Source: the human T2T-CHM13v2.0 reference genome, Homo sapiens. From it: a stretch of 64,000 nt of DNA. The stretch is from NCBI RefSeq assembly GCF_009914755.1, contig NC_060925.1; one strand, written 5' to 3'. The notes below the pieces were generated by a model. The model was not told the origin of the DNA and searched no databases. It worked only from the letters and a program-made list of their open reading frames with translations. The translations under genes and the position numbers were made by a program. Shown in pieces: positions 1 to 15,120 of the stretch; within the stretch, counting starts at the first letter, position 1; every line of letters starts with the position of its first letter.

Positions 1-733
<733 letters not shown>

Positions 734-743
734 ATAATAATTA

Positions 744-1238
<495 letters not shown>

Positions 1239-1595
1239 CTAGTGAAAATAAAGCTGTCTCTTTGAAAAGATCAATAAACTTGACAAAGAAAAAAAGAAGT
1301 CAGCTTATGAACATCAGGATGAAACAGGGACTACACTCATTACAGACTGCAGATATCAAAGGGATAATAATAAGGGAAAAACTATTTAAAATTCTGTACA
1401 CACATATATTTGACAACCCAGATGAATTGGACAAATGTGTCGTAAGTATCAACTACCACAACTTACCTAAAGCAAAACAGGTCATCTGAGTAGCTCTGTA
1501 ACTATGAAAATAATTGGATTCCTAATTTTAAAATTTCCAGAAAGAAAAGCTCCAGGTCCAGATGGTTTCACTGGAGAATTCTACCAAACGGTTGA

Positions 1596-1911
<316 letters not shown>

Positions 1912-2095
1912 GAATTAACATCAATTCTGTACAATCTGTTCCAGAAAATAGAAGATGAAGGAACACCTCTCGACTATTTCTGTAAAACTGTGATTACCCC
2001 AACTCCAAAACCAGACCACAAAAATGTTTATCAGTCAATGAAGAAAAATCATTTGACAAATTCAACATCTATTCATGATAGAAATAAAGAAGGGA

Positions 2096-2212
2096 GGCCA
2101 GGCTCTTTGGCTCATGCCTGTAATCCCAGAACTTTGGGAGGCCAAGGTGGGTGGATCACCTGAGGTCAACAGTTCGAGACCAGCCTAGTCAACATGGCAA
2201 AACCCCATCTCC
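2096..2212 (+). mobile_element. Alu left arm, 3'-truncated, abutting antisense L1 fragment
   Basis: GGCCAGGC...AAACCCCATCTC then abrupt switch of sequence type. Confidence 0.85.
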
Positions 2213-2695
2213 CTGTTAGGATTCTGTAATTTCTGTTTTTCTCATCTGCAGTATATGGATTTGTTTGCTCCACACCATCCATTCTGCTGCTGAGCCTATC
2301 TGCTGGACTTTTTATTTTAGTTGCATTTTTCACTTCTAATACTTCCATTTGGTTCTTATTTATGTCTTGTATTTATTTGCTGAGTCTTTCAGGAATTAAG
2401 GGGTAGATCAAAAGAGTTTCAGATTAAGAAAAGCTAAGGGAATCTCTGACCAGTAGTTCTGCCTTAAAAGAAAGATGTCCATAGAAAAAAGAACAAAGAA
2501 ACTAATCAGAGAGAGAAAGGGACGTTATAAAATGATGAAAGGACCAATCCACCAACCCCCCCCCGACAAAAGTCATAAATATCTATGCAAAATTTCAAGT
2601 CATAAATATCTATGCAACAACAACCTTAAATACTGAACAGATAGCTAGACTAATCCACAAATATAGCTGTACGCTTCCATGTCCCCCCTGTCTCT

Positions 2696-2937
2696 TGTAG
2701 GACATTGAGCCAGACAGCTGACCTGTCCTCTACAAACAAGTCCATGTCCCTACCATCAATGACAACAACAAAAAGATGAGGAGATACTTTGGGTTCAAAA
2801 TAACTAAAGAAATATAGCTACATTATCTTTTTAGTTTTTTTGAACCCAAAATGTCTTTTCTCCTTTTTATTGTGTGATTCGTGGTGACATGGACTGTCTG
2901 AAGGAGACAGGTTATTGTCCTGCTCAGTATTCTACAT
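2696..2937. repeat. Long imperfect inverted repeat (hairpin) centred on TAGCTA 2815-2820
   Basis: TTTGGGTTCAAAA 2788-2800 / TTTTGAACCCAAA 2838-2850; AGTCCATGTC 2739-2748 / GACATGGACT 2886-2895; ACCTGT 2721-2726 / ACAGGT 2907-2912. Confidence 0.9.
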
Positions 2938-3389
2938 TCTGCAGTTGTCTATCTGGTGATTACCTCCTATGAAACTCAAGCTAAGCATTTTTAGCAAGAA
3001 CATGGCATTGTTCGTATTCTGCACTGGCAGAGTCCCAAGTGACATGCTGTCTCCTGCCAGCAGCTCCTGACTCCTGTTCTCTACAGGATGGAAGCTGAGA
3101 GGAGTAGGGCTAAAGCCTCTCAATGCTGTTTGTCCATCTGGCTTTGGTCTTCCTAAGTATTGGTATCAAGTGGAGGCTGAAGGACTGTGGCTTCTCTAAC
3201 CAAAGGAGCCTAGTGGGTTAACAATTGTCAAGAGCAGTCAGTGGTTCTGAAATACAATCCTCAGCCATGGATCCCTCCTGTGTTGTGTTGAGCTTTCAAT
3301 TGCTTTGCTCTTTTAGTTCTATTCATCAAATGAAAATGCTTTTTGTGACATCCGTTCTTTCTTTTCATTGTTCCAGCAGCATTTAGTAT
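2696..3389 (-). pseudogene. NBPF terminal pseudo-exon and truncated 3' UTR
   Basis: ctctctcctacag|ATACTAAATGCTGCTGG (ILNAAGTMKRK, cf. IPNTAERMQRM); downstream sequence matches recalled NBPF 3' UTR (TTTTGGGTTCAAAAAA...GACATGGACTTGTTTGTAGAGGACAGGTCAGCTG); breaks into L1-like sequence near 2696. Confidence 0.8.
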
Positions 3390-4483
3390 CTGTAGGAGAG
3401 AGAGAAGGAAAGATGAAATGGGCATCTTTGTCAGGTCCTGCTGATGGCTGAGTCTAGAGGGACTGTTAAGTGGTGATAGCCCAGGGGCAAACTGAGCTCC
3501 TGCTAGGAGGATGAGCTGAAGGGTGAGCCTCAGGCTGAGTGAAGAGGCAAGTGCCATCCGCAAGTGAAAAATAAACACCCCTGAACTTCCAGTCAGCTTG
3601 AGGTGAAGGATATAGGGACCCTAGCTCTGCCCAACCAGCAGCCCCTTTCCTCCTGATCCCCAGTGTCTGGAGCAGAGTAATGGCTTTTCACACCCCTCAG
3701 TGAGGATGTTCTCAGCATCAACCATGAAAGCTCAGAAACAGAAGGCTGCAGAAGGAAAGGACCTTTTGCAGAGAAACCCACTCCCTTACAACTCCATGTC
3801 CCCGTCTCTTAGGGAAGGGTGTGCAGGGCCATGGGAAGAACCCTGGAGGTGAGATACAGGAAGGACCTCAGACCGCATCCACATCCAGTTCTGCCTTTTA
3901 CAACAGAGGAGCAGTGATGCCACAGGGCTGACTTAACTAAAGCCACATGACTTGCAATGGACAACCCTGAAACTAGAACCCACGCACGAAGTCTCTTTCA
4001 ATAAGTTAGAGAGAAGGGAGAGTCAATTCTCCAATCTGGAGTTCTCGACAGTCACTAGAGGTTGCTGGGTCACCTTGGCTAGGATAGGAATGAGCTTTTA
4101 CAAAGAAATATGATGTCACTGCTGCTTGTTTTGTTGGTTAAAATAAAAAATGAGAAAAAGACAAAAGAAATATTATGTGTTCTTCCAAAAAGGATCAGAA
4201 GAAAAGGAAAGAGTCAAATGGAATTACAAAGGAAGGGTGGTGATTGTAACCATGGCCCAACTTATTATCCCTAATTCCCTGAAGTTGATTCCACACCTGG
4301 TTACACCTTAAGGCATTTCTAGAAACATGCTCAATATCTGATCAACAAAACTCTGAAGTAGAAAGTGAAAAGGATTAGTTTGTGTTTTATTACATTCTCC
4401 TCTCCCTGTTACATTTTTCCCAGAGTGGTTTCTTGGGAAAGATTTCTTTTTAGAATTTCATGCCAGCATCAAGGGTAGCATAA

Positions 4484-4876
<393 letters not shown>

Positions 4877-5035
4877 TAGTGGAGTGAGACCTACGAGTTC
4901 TCTCTGAGGATTTGGCTGAATGACAAGAATTGAGCAAAGCAGAATTTTTACATTGCAGTGCCGAACCCATTAATGGGCTGTGGAATCAGTGTGTGGAAAT
5001 GTAAACTGCAGGATTTATTTTAAAATTGAAAAGAA

Positions 5036-5345
5036 GGCTGGGCATGATGGCTCATGCCTAAATCCCAGCTCTTTGGGAGGCAGAGGTGGATGGATCACTT
5101 GAAGCCAGAAGTTCGAGACCAGCCTTGCCAACATGGTGAAACCATGCCTCTACTAAAAAATACAAAAATTAGCCAAGTGTGGTGGCAGGCACCTGTAATC
5201 CCAGCTACCCAGAAGGCTGAGGCATGAGAATTGTTGAACCCGCAAGACAGAGGTTGCAGTGAGCCGAGACTGCGCCACTGCATTCCAGCCTGGGTGACAG
5301 AGCGAGACTCTGTCTTAAAAATAAAATACAATAAAATAAAATTTA
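5036..5345 (+). mobile_element. Alu (S/J)
   Basis: Full dimer with (AAAT)n tail. Confidence 0.93.
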
Positions 5346-5656
5346 AAAGAAAATACTAAATCTGAATATGTGTAATATACGAGGTATTGTTTTCTGTATA
5401 CTGGGTTTCAATATAATGACTATTTCTTATTTTACTTGTACTCAAAATTAAGCAAGTGTGCTTTAAGTAGAGAGACTACAGGTCTAATCCATCTATTTTC
5501 TTGTTTTTCTTTTTAATTTTTTTCTACGTTCTACAAATACTACTGTTGAGAGGTGAATACAGATCCCATCAATGTCTGATGGATATTCCGCCTTTTGTGT
5601 GGAGTAGCCACACAAGTGGTCATCTCCATGTTGAAAACCTGAGGTCAGAGTAGACC

Positions 5657-5838
5657 AGTGGTCCTTGTCATCTTCAGTTGTATATTAGAATATCATGGAA
5701 GTTTTTTAAAGGTACTGATGCTCACATCACACCCCAGACCATTTAAGTGAGAATCTCAAGATGTCAGTTCAAGGCATTCATGTTTATTGAAATCTCACCA
5801 GGTGCTTATTACATGGTAGCAGGATTTAGAGACAATGA
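5657..5838. mobile_element. MER5-like hAT-Charlie MITE
   Basis: CAGTGGT...TTAGAAT...CCCCAGACC...AGAATCTC...CCAGGTG...TTTAGAGACAATG pattern typical of MER5A. Confidence 0.6.
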
Positions 5839-6950
5839 ATGAACCAACCTGATTTCCCATCATTTTCTTTCCTATCCTCATTTCTCTCGTGATTGCCTTC
5901 ATTCTCTGTGGCTCTGTGGATTTTAGTCTTTCTTCTGACTATTTCAATTAAATCTCTCACTTGGGCTGGTCTGAGGCAAAGTCTGTCCTGTAGATAGGTT
6001 CTTGTCTATCATCTTGTGTAGACATAAAGCTGGCCCCTGGACTCACTTTTCTCAAAGTTAATTCATTAAATGCTCTCTTATTTCTCTGTCCTCAAGATTC
6101 ACCTGAGTTGTGTTTTAGACTCTGAGCTTGTAGAAGTAAATATGTGAATAAAAAGGACAGAGGTGAGAATGCACTTTGTGGTCTATGCAGGTTCAAAGTC
6201 CTGCCCTGCCCTCTGCATCTTTCTTTGGCTGAGGTCCCTTTGGAATGTCATAAATGTTCTCCAGTTAATGTCAGCTAAGTGACTCCATGAGGAGCAGACA
6301 CAGTCCCTGGAAACTTCATCCACGCTGGCATAAGGTTGCCCATCTAGAGATGAAGACACACCTGACTCCAGGCTAGTAGGGAACTCTCGTCTGTGACCCA
6401 GGTTCTAATTTAGTTTTTGATTTGGAGTTCTTAGTGCTCAGTTTTAACACTTCTCATTCCCATGTACAAGGTGAGGGTTACAGTTTGACTTAGTTGTGTT
6501 GCTCAAAAGCTGTCCCAAGAGAAAAATCTGTGTGTAAATGACGTATTAAAGCAATGCTCCTGGCAGAAAGGGGCAATGGAGTTTGGGATGCAGAAAGGAA
6601 AGGCAAATTACTCAAGCTGTGCAATTCCAGGCAAAGAACCCTGTGTTTAGCAGCTCACACCATGCACTTGGAGGGGGACAAGGAAGTTGGGCTCTCCTGT
6701 GGCCATGAGAGGGACTCTTAGGACAACAGCAGTGGGAACAGAGCAGAGTTCAGAGAGCAAACAGGGGATGGGGATCAGAAGGACCTGGCACCATGGCAGC
6801 CCATGGGACACAGAGGTAATACCAGACAGAGGTGACAGCAGCTGCTGGAGAGAACAAATACAGAAGAAAAAAGCAGTGGGAGAAGGAGCTGTCATCATAG
6901 ACAGAGAGGAATAAGGAGTGAGTGCAGCTAAGAGCCATAGATGTGATTAC

Positions 6951-7164
6951 CTTCCTGCTCTAAGCTTGCAGGCCAGGGAATCTGCATGCCAGTCTCCACT
7001 TGCTGAACAGCAGTTTTCTTTTGATCATCTTCGGTTTTAGGACACTTGAGGCATGAATGTGGCCAATGACTTGATGCCCATGTATGTTGTCAGCTGAGCC
7101 TTCAATAGCATCACCTTCCAGCTGGGGAGGGTTCTTCATTCAAGGGAAGGCTCTCAACCCAGCT
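6951..7164 (-). pseudogene. NBPF pseudo-exon (penultimate), 214 nt
   Basis: tttcag|AGCTGGG...GGAAG|gtaatc; ELG*EPSL, frameshift, then MKNPPQLEGDAIEGSADNIHGHQVIGHIHASSVLKPKMIKRKLLFSKWRLACRFPGLQA* (cf. NBPF6 MKNPPQLEDDALEGSA...FSKWRLAFRF). Confidence 0.88.
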
Positions 7165-9122
7165 CTGAAAATGAAACCACACCCAACAGTGTTCACTGTC
7201 ATCCATGATCTTACTGTGACTTTCTCTTCCACCCAAGAGGATCATCAGAGAAGGAAAGTGGCCTTGAATAAGAAAGTCCAACGGGTAAAGGGAAGCCAGG
7301 AAAGACATTTTGGTATTTTCTGTATTGTTGATTTTTCATGCATCACCCAGTAATGACAAGATTGCCAGGAGGAAAAGGTGATCCCAACTGACAAACATAT
7401 TCAAAAAATTTAGGATCAATAAACACAAATAGTTTCCAGGTAGATAAGGCAAAGGCAAGGAAGTCAGACTGGATACAGGCGGTGTTTTGGGAGGGAGGAG
7501 ATTCTAAAACTCAACATTAAATGAACATATGAGAGAAAAGAATTGGATAGACTAAACATGAGATATTGATGAAATGAGCATGCAGATATGTATATAGCAT
7601 ATATCTACATTTTATTAAAAATACATGCCAAATATGCATAATATATATATCCAATGACATAAATGCATATATTTATATATATAAATCTATTGGAAGAAAT
7701 TGTTACATAAGGATGTGGAAGATGTTGAATTAGCGTTATAATCACTAACATTATAATCTGGTCCACTGAAACTGGAAAAAATTTTAGAAAAATAAGATGA
7801 ACGAGAGAGAGAAGACATGGTGAGAAACAAATGCCCTATTAGACAGCAAGGAGAAGTCACCAGGTAAAGGACAATGAAACAAAAGGCATTCACTCTGTCC
7901 TCTTGCCTGGAACCTGGTTAGTGATCCGGACTCCTGGGAAAGCCAGCAGGTAAGAGTGTTGGAGCCAGCGGGGTGAGTCCTGACTAGGGGTGCAGGAATC
8001 CATGGAGAAGCAAAAGAGACACCAGTGGGAAGAAATCAGTTTAAATACTCAAAGTTATCAGGGCACGTGTCAGGGACTACGCATCCCCCGACACTCACTG
8101 AGCGTTTTCCATGTGTCCTCTCCATGGACCCAGGTGGTGCTCGTTATCTCACGTGACCCTCCCTCCTCCTGAGGACGTGGGTCTCCTTATTCCTCGGCTG
8201 GGGGCATCGATTGACAGATGAGCACCAGGCAGCCCCAGGGGCTCCAGGAGTAGATATTGAGTGGGACGGAGAGTAAGGATGAACACAACCCAGGGTTTTA
8301 AGGAAATCTGGGCAGAAGTGGATCCCTGTGAGAAGAAAACTGAGGACATGGCCGTGGGCATGAATGGAGATGATGAACTAAATGGAGTTTCATAAAAGAG
8401 ACAGATTTATACCCTTTCCATGAGAAGGTTGCCCTTTCATTCTTTTATTTCAAAACGAGGGGAGAAAACAGAGCAAGAAGCTGGGTATGTCAGGAGACTG
8501 ACTTGTGGGCCCAGGATTTGCACTTTTACTAATGTGCCTAATAGGTTGTTACTGAAGTGCATGACCGGGGGAAATTGACTTAAAAAGGGATGCTGAGGAA
8601 GAGAAAGAAAACTGGCAAAAGATACTTTCTAAGTAAACACAGGAAGGGAGTCTCTAGAAAGTAGAGATCCTAACAGTTACTCTTCCTCAGTTGAAACAAT
8701 GCACGTGAAGTCATTTCCTGAGTGCTAACTTACCAGAAAGATAACAGAATTAGATAACATCTATTCATAGATTTATTAAGCAATTTTTACTGAATTAGCC
8801 CTTTGGAAATTATCATAATTAATGTTATCGACAATGATGGAATGTAGATATTATTTTTCAGGTCTCTCAGATGACAGGACTGAGATGTAAATGCCAACAC
8901 CATAAATAACTTGGCCGAGATGAATGAGTAAGGGTTAAGCCCAGGACCTGAGAGCAGATTTGATCCTAAACCCCAGGCTCTTGCTCACCTCACTGGGTTG
9001 GAACATTGTAGATTTCTGCTTGACTCTGAGGGAGCACGAAGAGACCCCATTGCCTCCTCCCCTCACAGCACCATGACCAGGACACCCGGATGAGAGCTTC
9101 CTGGTCCCCTTTCCTTCCCTAC

Positions 9123-9359
9123 CTTGGAAGGGCCATTGGTTCCCAGGATCACCGTTGGTTGTGAAGCTGCAGGTGGTGGAGGAAACATCCCGCCTGGCTA
9201 AGCCATAGCCACAGTCAAACCCTTGATCCAGTTGCAGTCACAGACAATTGGGCACCAGGGTTCTTGGCTCCAGCTGTGCCTGTGAAGTCTCCACCTCTGA
9301 CAGGTGGTGGCTCAAGTCTCCACTCCAAGGCCCGTGAGGACAGGCCACCTGGGTGGGAG
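9123..9359 (-). pseudogene. NBPF pseudo-exon (post-Olduvai exon), 237 nt
   Basis: tttcag|CTCCCACC...TTCCAAG|gtaggg; translates PTQVACPHGPWSGDLSHHLSEVETSQAQLEPRTLVPNCL*LQLDQGFDCGYGLARRDVSSTTCSFTTNGDPGNQWPFQ (cf. NBPF6 PTEAACPQGTWSGDLSHH...NQWPFQ); TGA at 9240-9238 where NBPF6 has Arg. Confidence 0.88.
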
Positions 9360-9804
9360 CTGAAAGGAGAAGTGGCTTCAGTAGGAACGCTCTCAGCTTT
9401 CCCTTTGTTAATCATGCCCAGAACACCCATCTCTGACATCTCTGCCTCTGAGGTAAGCCACCCAGTGGCCCAGGCCACAAAGACAGACATCATGTAAATG
9501 GGGTGATGTCACCTTCCTGTCTGTGCCTGGGGATGCTGAGATGGAAGGTACCCAGGCTGGATGACCCTGAAGTGAAAAACCCCCACTTCAGCCCAGAGGG
9601 CTTTGGATTGGCTAACAAGGCCATGCCAAATATTCTGTTATTATTAATCTCCATCCTGCAGCCTAGAAAGAATGCTCTGGAGAACCTTCAGAGCATAGGA
9701 AATGCTATTTTTCTCAACACACAGGAGTATAAGAACAGGGGAGGACTTAGAGCCTCCAGGCTTTGGGAAGGAACCATAGAAAAGGGTTTTGGGACACTGT
9801 AGAC

Positions 9805-10165
9805 CAGCAGTCTCCAAACTTTTTTGCCTCGGGGACTGGTTTCGTGGAAGACAATTTTTCCTTGGACCAGGGGTGGGGGACGTGAAAAGAGGGAAGGATC
9901 ATTTCGGAATGAAACTGTTCCACCTCAGATCATCAGGCATTAATTAGATTCTCGTAAGGAGCGCGCAACCTAGATCCCGTTCATGCACAGTTCACAATAG
10001 GGTTTGTGCTTCTATGAGAATCTAATGCCACCGCTGATCTGACAGGAGGCGGGGCTCAGGCTGAAATGCTCGCTTGCGGGCCACTCATATCCTGCTGTGC
10101 GGCCTGGTGCCTAACAGGCCCAGGACAGGTAGCTGACCACAGCCCCGGGGGCTTGGGGCCCCCTG
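9805..10165 (+). mobile_element. MER1B hAT-Charlie DNA transposon
   Basis: GTTTCGTGGAAGACAATTTTTCC...GAAACTGTTCCACCTCAGATCATCAGGCATT...GGGG..CCCCTG matches recalled MER1B consensus with CAG..CTG termini. Confidence 0.85.
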
Positions 10166-10532
10166 CAAGAAACCAAATACTACATGAGGCGAACTTTTAA
10201 GAGTTCTGGAACATTTTGAATTTCCGTTGCCTATAATGGTTTTACCACCAACCCACACATATACATCTTGTTGCCACATAGTGGGTTTCCGCAGCCATAC
10301 GCAATGTTGTAAAGGGACCAGTCCCTTCACGGACACTTAGGGGCCACAGGTATTACAGATCAGTATGTGTGGTTCTGTAGGGAGGCAACACCGAGCACAA
10401 TCCTCATCTTACCCACTCCTCCAGTGGGGTCCGGGCAGCACCCCCTCATAAAAATTATTGCTGTTTCCACAGGAAGAGGAAATCACATTCTCAGAAAGTG
10501 GACAAAATGCATTATGATTTGCAGTGGTTTTC

Positions 10533-10834
10533 GTTTTCTTTTTTTTCTTTCTTTTTTTTTTTTTTTTCCCCGAGACAGACTCTCGCTCCGTCTCCCAGGC
10601 TGGAGTGCAGTGGCGCCATCTCGGCTCACTGCAAGGCGATTCTCCTGCCTCAGCGTCCAAAGTAGCTGGGATTACACGGACGCACCGCCACCCCCGGTTA
10701 ATTTTTGTATTTTTTTAGTAGAGACAGGGTTTTACTATGTTGATCAGGGTGGTCTCCAACTCCTGACCTCAGGTAATCTGCCCACCTTGGACTCCCGAAG
10801 TGCTGGGATTACAAGCGTGAGCCACCGCGCCCGG
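10533..10834 (-). mobile_element. AluS with small internal deletion, no matching TSD
   Basis: Antisense Alu; CTGCAAGGCGATTCTCC lacks ~20 nt of the right arm. Confidence 0.9.
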
Positions 10835-10869
10835 TTCTTTTTTGAATGTTTGGAAGAGTTGAGCTGTGA

Positions 10870-11383
<514 letters not shown>

Positions 11384-11540
11384 TAATAATAGTTTCTTAT
11401 GATCCTTTTTACTTGTGAGGCTTCTGTTGTAATGCCTCCACTTTCATTTCGCATGTTATTTATTTGAGTCTTCTCTATTTTTTTCTTAGTTAGTTTAGCC
11501 AAGTGTTTGTTAATTTTACTTTTTCCAGAAAAACAACTCG

Positions 11541-11690
11541 GGTGCGAGAGGCCTACGTTGCATCACCACTGGAGGCCAGTAGTTCCCAATCAGCCTGGAA
11601 AGAATAGTAAGACGTTGTCTCTCCTAAAAAGAGAAAAAGAAAGAGAAAGGAAAAGGAAAAAAAACAAAACAAAACAAAACAAAAAACCAA
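11541..11690 (+). mobile_element. Diverged Alu monomer (FLAM/AluJ-like)
   Basis: GAGGCCAGTAGTTC...CAGCCTGG...TGTCTCT then A-rich tail; flanking AAACAACTC repeats. Confidence 0.6.
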
Positions 11691-13139
11691 CAACTCACTT
11701 TTATTATTTTTCTGTAGTATTTCTGTTCTTCAGTTGATTTACTTCTGCATTGATTTTTGTTTCCTTTTTTCAGTGAACTTTGGATTTATTTTGTTGTTTT
11801 TTTCCTGGTTTCTTGAGGTGTAATGTTTATTTGAAGTCTTTCTTCTTTTTTAATGTATGCATTTATGGTTATAAACTTGACTCTTAAGAGCTGTTTTTCC
11901 TGTTTCCAAAGATTTTGTTATGTTTGTTTTCACTTTTGTTGGCCTCAATATATTTTCAAATTTCCCTTTTGATTTGTTCTTTGATCAATCAGTTGTTCAA
12001 AGGCAAGTTGTTTAATTTCCATGTATTTTTTAATTTTCCAGTTTTCCTTATGTAGTTAATTTTTAGTTTCATACCATTGTGGTCAGAAAAGATACTCGAT
12101 GGGATTGGAATCATTGTTAATTTGTCTAAGATGTACTCTTCATTATTTTAATTGATGTATAATTGTGGCACACATTTTGGGGATACACATGATATTTTGA
12201 TAAACATATACAATTTATAATGATTGAATCAGTGTAAGTAGTATATCTGTCACCTCAAAACTTTATCTTTTCTTTATGTTAGGAATATCCCAATTCCTCT
12301 CTTCTAGTTATTTTAAAATATACAAGAAGTTATTTTGAGTTATAGTCTCCCTAATATACTATCAAATACTAGAACTTATTCCTTCTATTTAACTATATTT
12401 TATATGCATTAACCAATATCTTTTCTTCCTTCTCCCCTATCTCCTTCCCAGCCTCTTGTAACCACTAATTTTAATATATGATATGACACATGAATTCAGT
12501 TTTTTCTACTTGTTTATTTTTATATGGTTACAAATATGTCACATCCATTGCTTAAAAAGAAAATCTTCAATCGTTTGTTGAAATATTATGCATTTTTAAA
12601 TACATTGCTTTTTCAAGATTGTCAAAAATCTGTTCTCAATATATGTGTTCATTTATATTTGGACTCTATTTTCTTTTGATCCATTTAATTGATCACATAC
12701 CAAAGCTCTGTTGTGGCCATTACAACTCTGTGATTGTTCTTTAAATCAGGTGGAGCTAGCCCTCCAATTTTGCACTTCGTTATACAGGCATTTTGGTTAT
12801 GCTAGTTCATGTTAATTTTAGAATCAGCTGCCATTTTCTACCAACGATGCATGCTGAAATTTTGAGTCGGATTGCATTGAATTCATAGATCAAATTAGGG
12901 GAAATGAACATCTCAACAATATTCTTACACATGAACAAACAATATCTTTCCAGTTATTAGGCCTGCACTATGTTCTCCGTGAAATATGCTCTAATTTTCA
13001 GTCATATTCACATTTATGGATTTTATACACTTGACATTATTGTAAATGGTATTCCTTTTACATTTAAATTCTGCCGTGCAATTGCATAAACACAATTTAT
13101 TTTTGCATATTGATCTTATATCCTGCTAGAAACAAATGC

Positions 13140-15120
13140 TTTTTGGATTCAGGTTTGATTGGCCAGTGGCAATATCTTTGGAAACTTGCGTATTTACCAG
13201 GCATGAAGAATCTTTCTCATTTCAATTGGAGCTTTATCACCAGCCCAAGGGAGAGGAATGTCCTAACGCATATCAAGTTCTGAGGTTGGGAAGAGTTTGT
13301 CCTTTGTAGACAAATGCATGTGAAATGTTCTGTATGTTCACCAATAAGTTTTCCTTAAGATTACTCATGCAGTTATAAGGCTGCCCATCTGCACTTGTGT
13401 TTAGCTGCAATACTATAGTTGTAAAATTTAGAAGCCAATGTTGTCCCTTAGTTTAAAATTTAATATTCAAGAATCTATTCCAACATTATGTAGTGCCAAA
13501 AACTTTGGGATGATATGCAATGATATGTCCAGCAAGTATGAGTTTGTACCTGATCCTTATTAGTCTTCCTTCTGATGTGATCTATTATAAAATGAGACCT
13601 TTAAGAGCTTTAAAATAATTAATAATGGCATGCTGAGGAGGTTAGTTTGTGGGATATTCAGTAGCCGTAGGAAACAGTAGTTCCTACTCTGTATCTCAAG
13701 TGGGAGTCCACTCTTCAGTATGTCAGCTTCAAGACCCTGATCTGCAGTGGAATTTGCAGCCCCCTGCTGTGTCAGCTTCATTACTTCAAGGGAGGGTGAA
13801 TGCCTTCAGTTCTTTAGGTCACAATTGACACATGTAGCACATTTTGGTACCTCTTCAGTTACTGACCTTTATGCCCACTCATGTCAGGCTTGCTCACCTG
13901 AGTGATTCACAAGATCACATTCCCAATGCATCAGATCACAGTGTCACAAAAAAAAAAGCATTTATTTTTCGTTATGTATCTCTCCTGAATTTCAACCTTG
14001 ATAGGCTAACATGGCTCACAAACAGCTTTAAATTTGGTTTCTCAAATGTCTGTCTAATGGTTTACAAAAGTCCAGTTACTCAAATGAATTTATCTTACAG
14101 TCCGGTTTTCTATTGTTCCATGCTGTGCCTCAGTGACATAAACCAAGAGTCAGTATATAAAAAAGATTTATTCCCACTGGTTTATAACCAACCAATAACT
14201 AGTATGCCTGTTATATATAGTTCTGTGCATTGGGTTGCCAGTCTCCTTCCTTCTTTTGCCTGATTTTTGTTGGAAGTGGAGATGATGTAATGTTATGGGT
14301 CACTTCTATTAGTGTCCCTGGACTACAGTTCTACCATCTATTTTTTAAGCTATTTTACCTCGTTATTATAAGATCTGCATATTTGTGAGCATCATTTATG
14401 TTATTAATAGTTAACATCTGGGGGGGTGGGGGAGGGATAGCATTAGGAAATATACCTAATGTTAAATGATGAGTTAATGGGTGCAGCACACCAACATGGC
14501 ACAGGTATACATATGTAACAAACCTGCACGTTGTGCACATGTACCCTAAAACTTAAAGTATAATAATAAAAAAAAAAAGTTAACATCTATGGTAGTCACT
14601 TCTTTGGTTATGTCAGAGACTAAAATCTGAAAATCAGAAATTCATTCTTTATTTCAGGTGTGTGCATGCTGTTGTGTTGATCCCTGTCCCCTCCCAGAAA
14701 AGTCATTGTAGGCCCAAGTCGATGAAGGGACAGACTGTGAAAGAACAGATGCAGAGCATGGACTAAGTATGCAGTGCCCACTGAATCAAAAACTTTGCTG
14801 AAGTTGCTTTTCTGCGATTGTCTAACATTCCTCTGAGTCACCTTATCTGCTGCTTAAAAGCCCCAAAGCATTTTCTTAACTGTCTTGTGGCCATTGTTAT
14901 AAACTCTGCTCTGCTCTTCCTGTGTCAACTACCACACAGTCTGTTTCATTGCATGGCCCTAAAGGCAGAGCCATTTTTCCAACTTTAAGTGCACTAAGGG
15001 TATCCTGTTTCTACAAAACCAGTGGATGTTAGTGGTTCTCTTAGGGATTTTTTTTTCTTTTTTGTCATATAAGGCCATAATTGGAGTAATGTGAAAAATA
15101 TTTTTTCCTCCAGAAGTTAT
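13140..15120 (-). mobile_element. Ancient class III (ERVL-like) retroviral pol remnant
   Basis: Minus-strand codons in correct order for FWR (~15110), ALPLGP (~14960), EKQL (~14805) and RNase H YTDSW (14157-14143), motifs typical of ERVL/MaLR pol. Confidence 0.6.
14420..14577 (+). mobile_element. 5'-truncated L1PA 3' end
   Basis: GGAGGGATAGCATTAGG...ACTTAAAGTATAATAATAAAA; TSD AGTTAACATCT at 14409-14419 and 14578-14588. Confidence 0.95.

Noticed and set aside
9215-9493. 92-aa minus-strand ORF over the NBPF exon
   Set aside because: Wrong frame; the NBPF-homologous frame contains a stop and the ORF starts in the intron.
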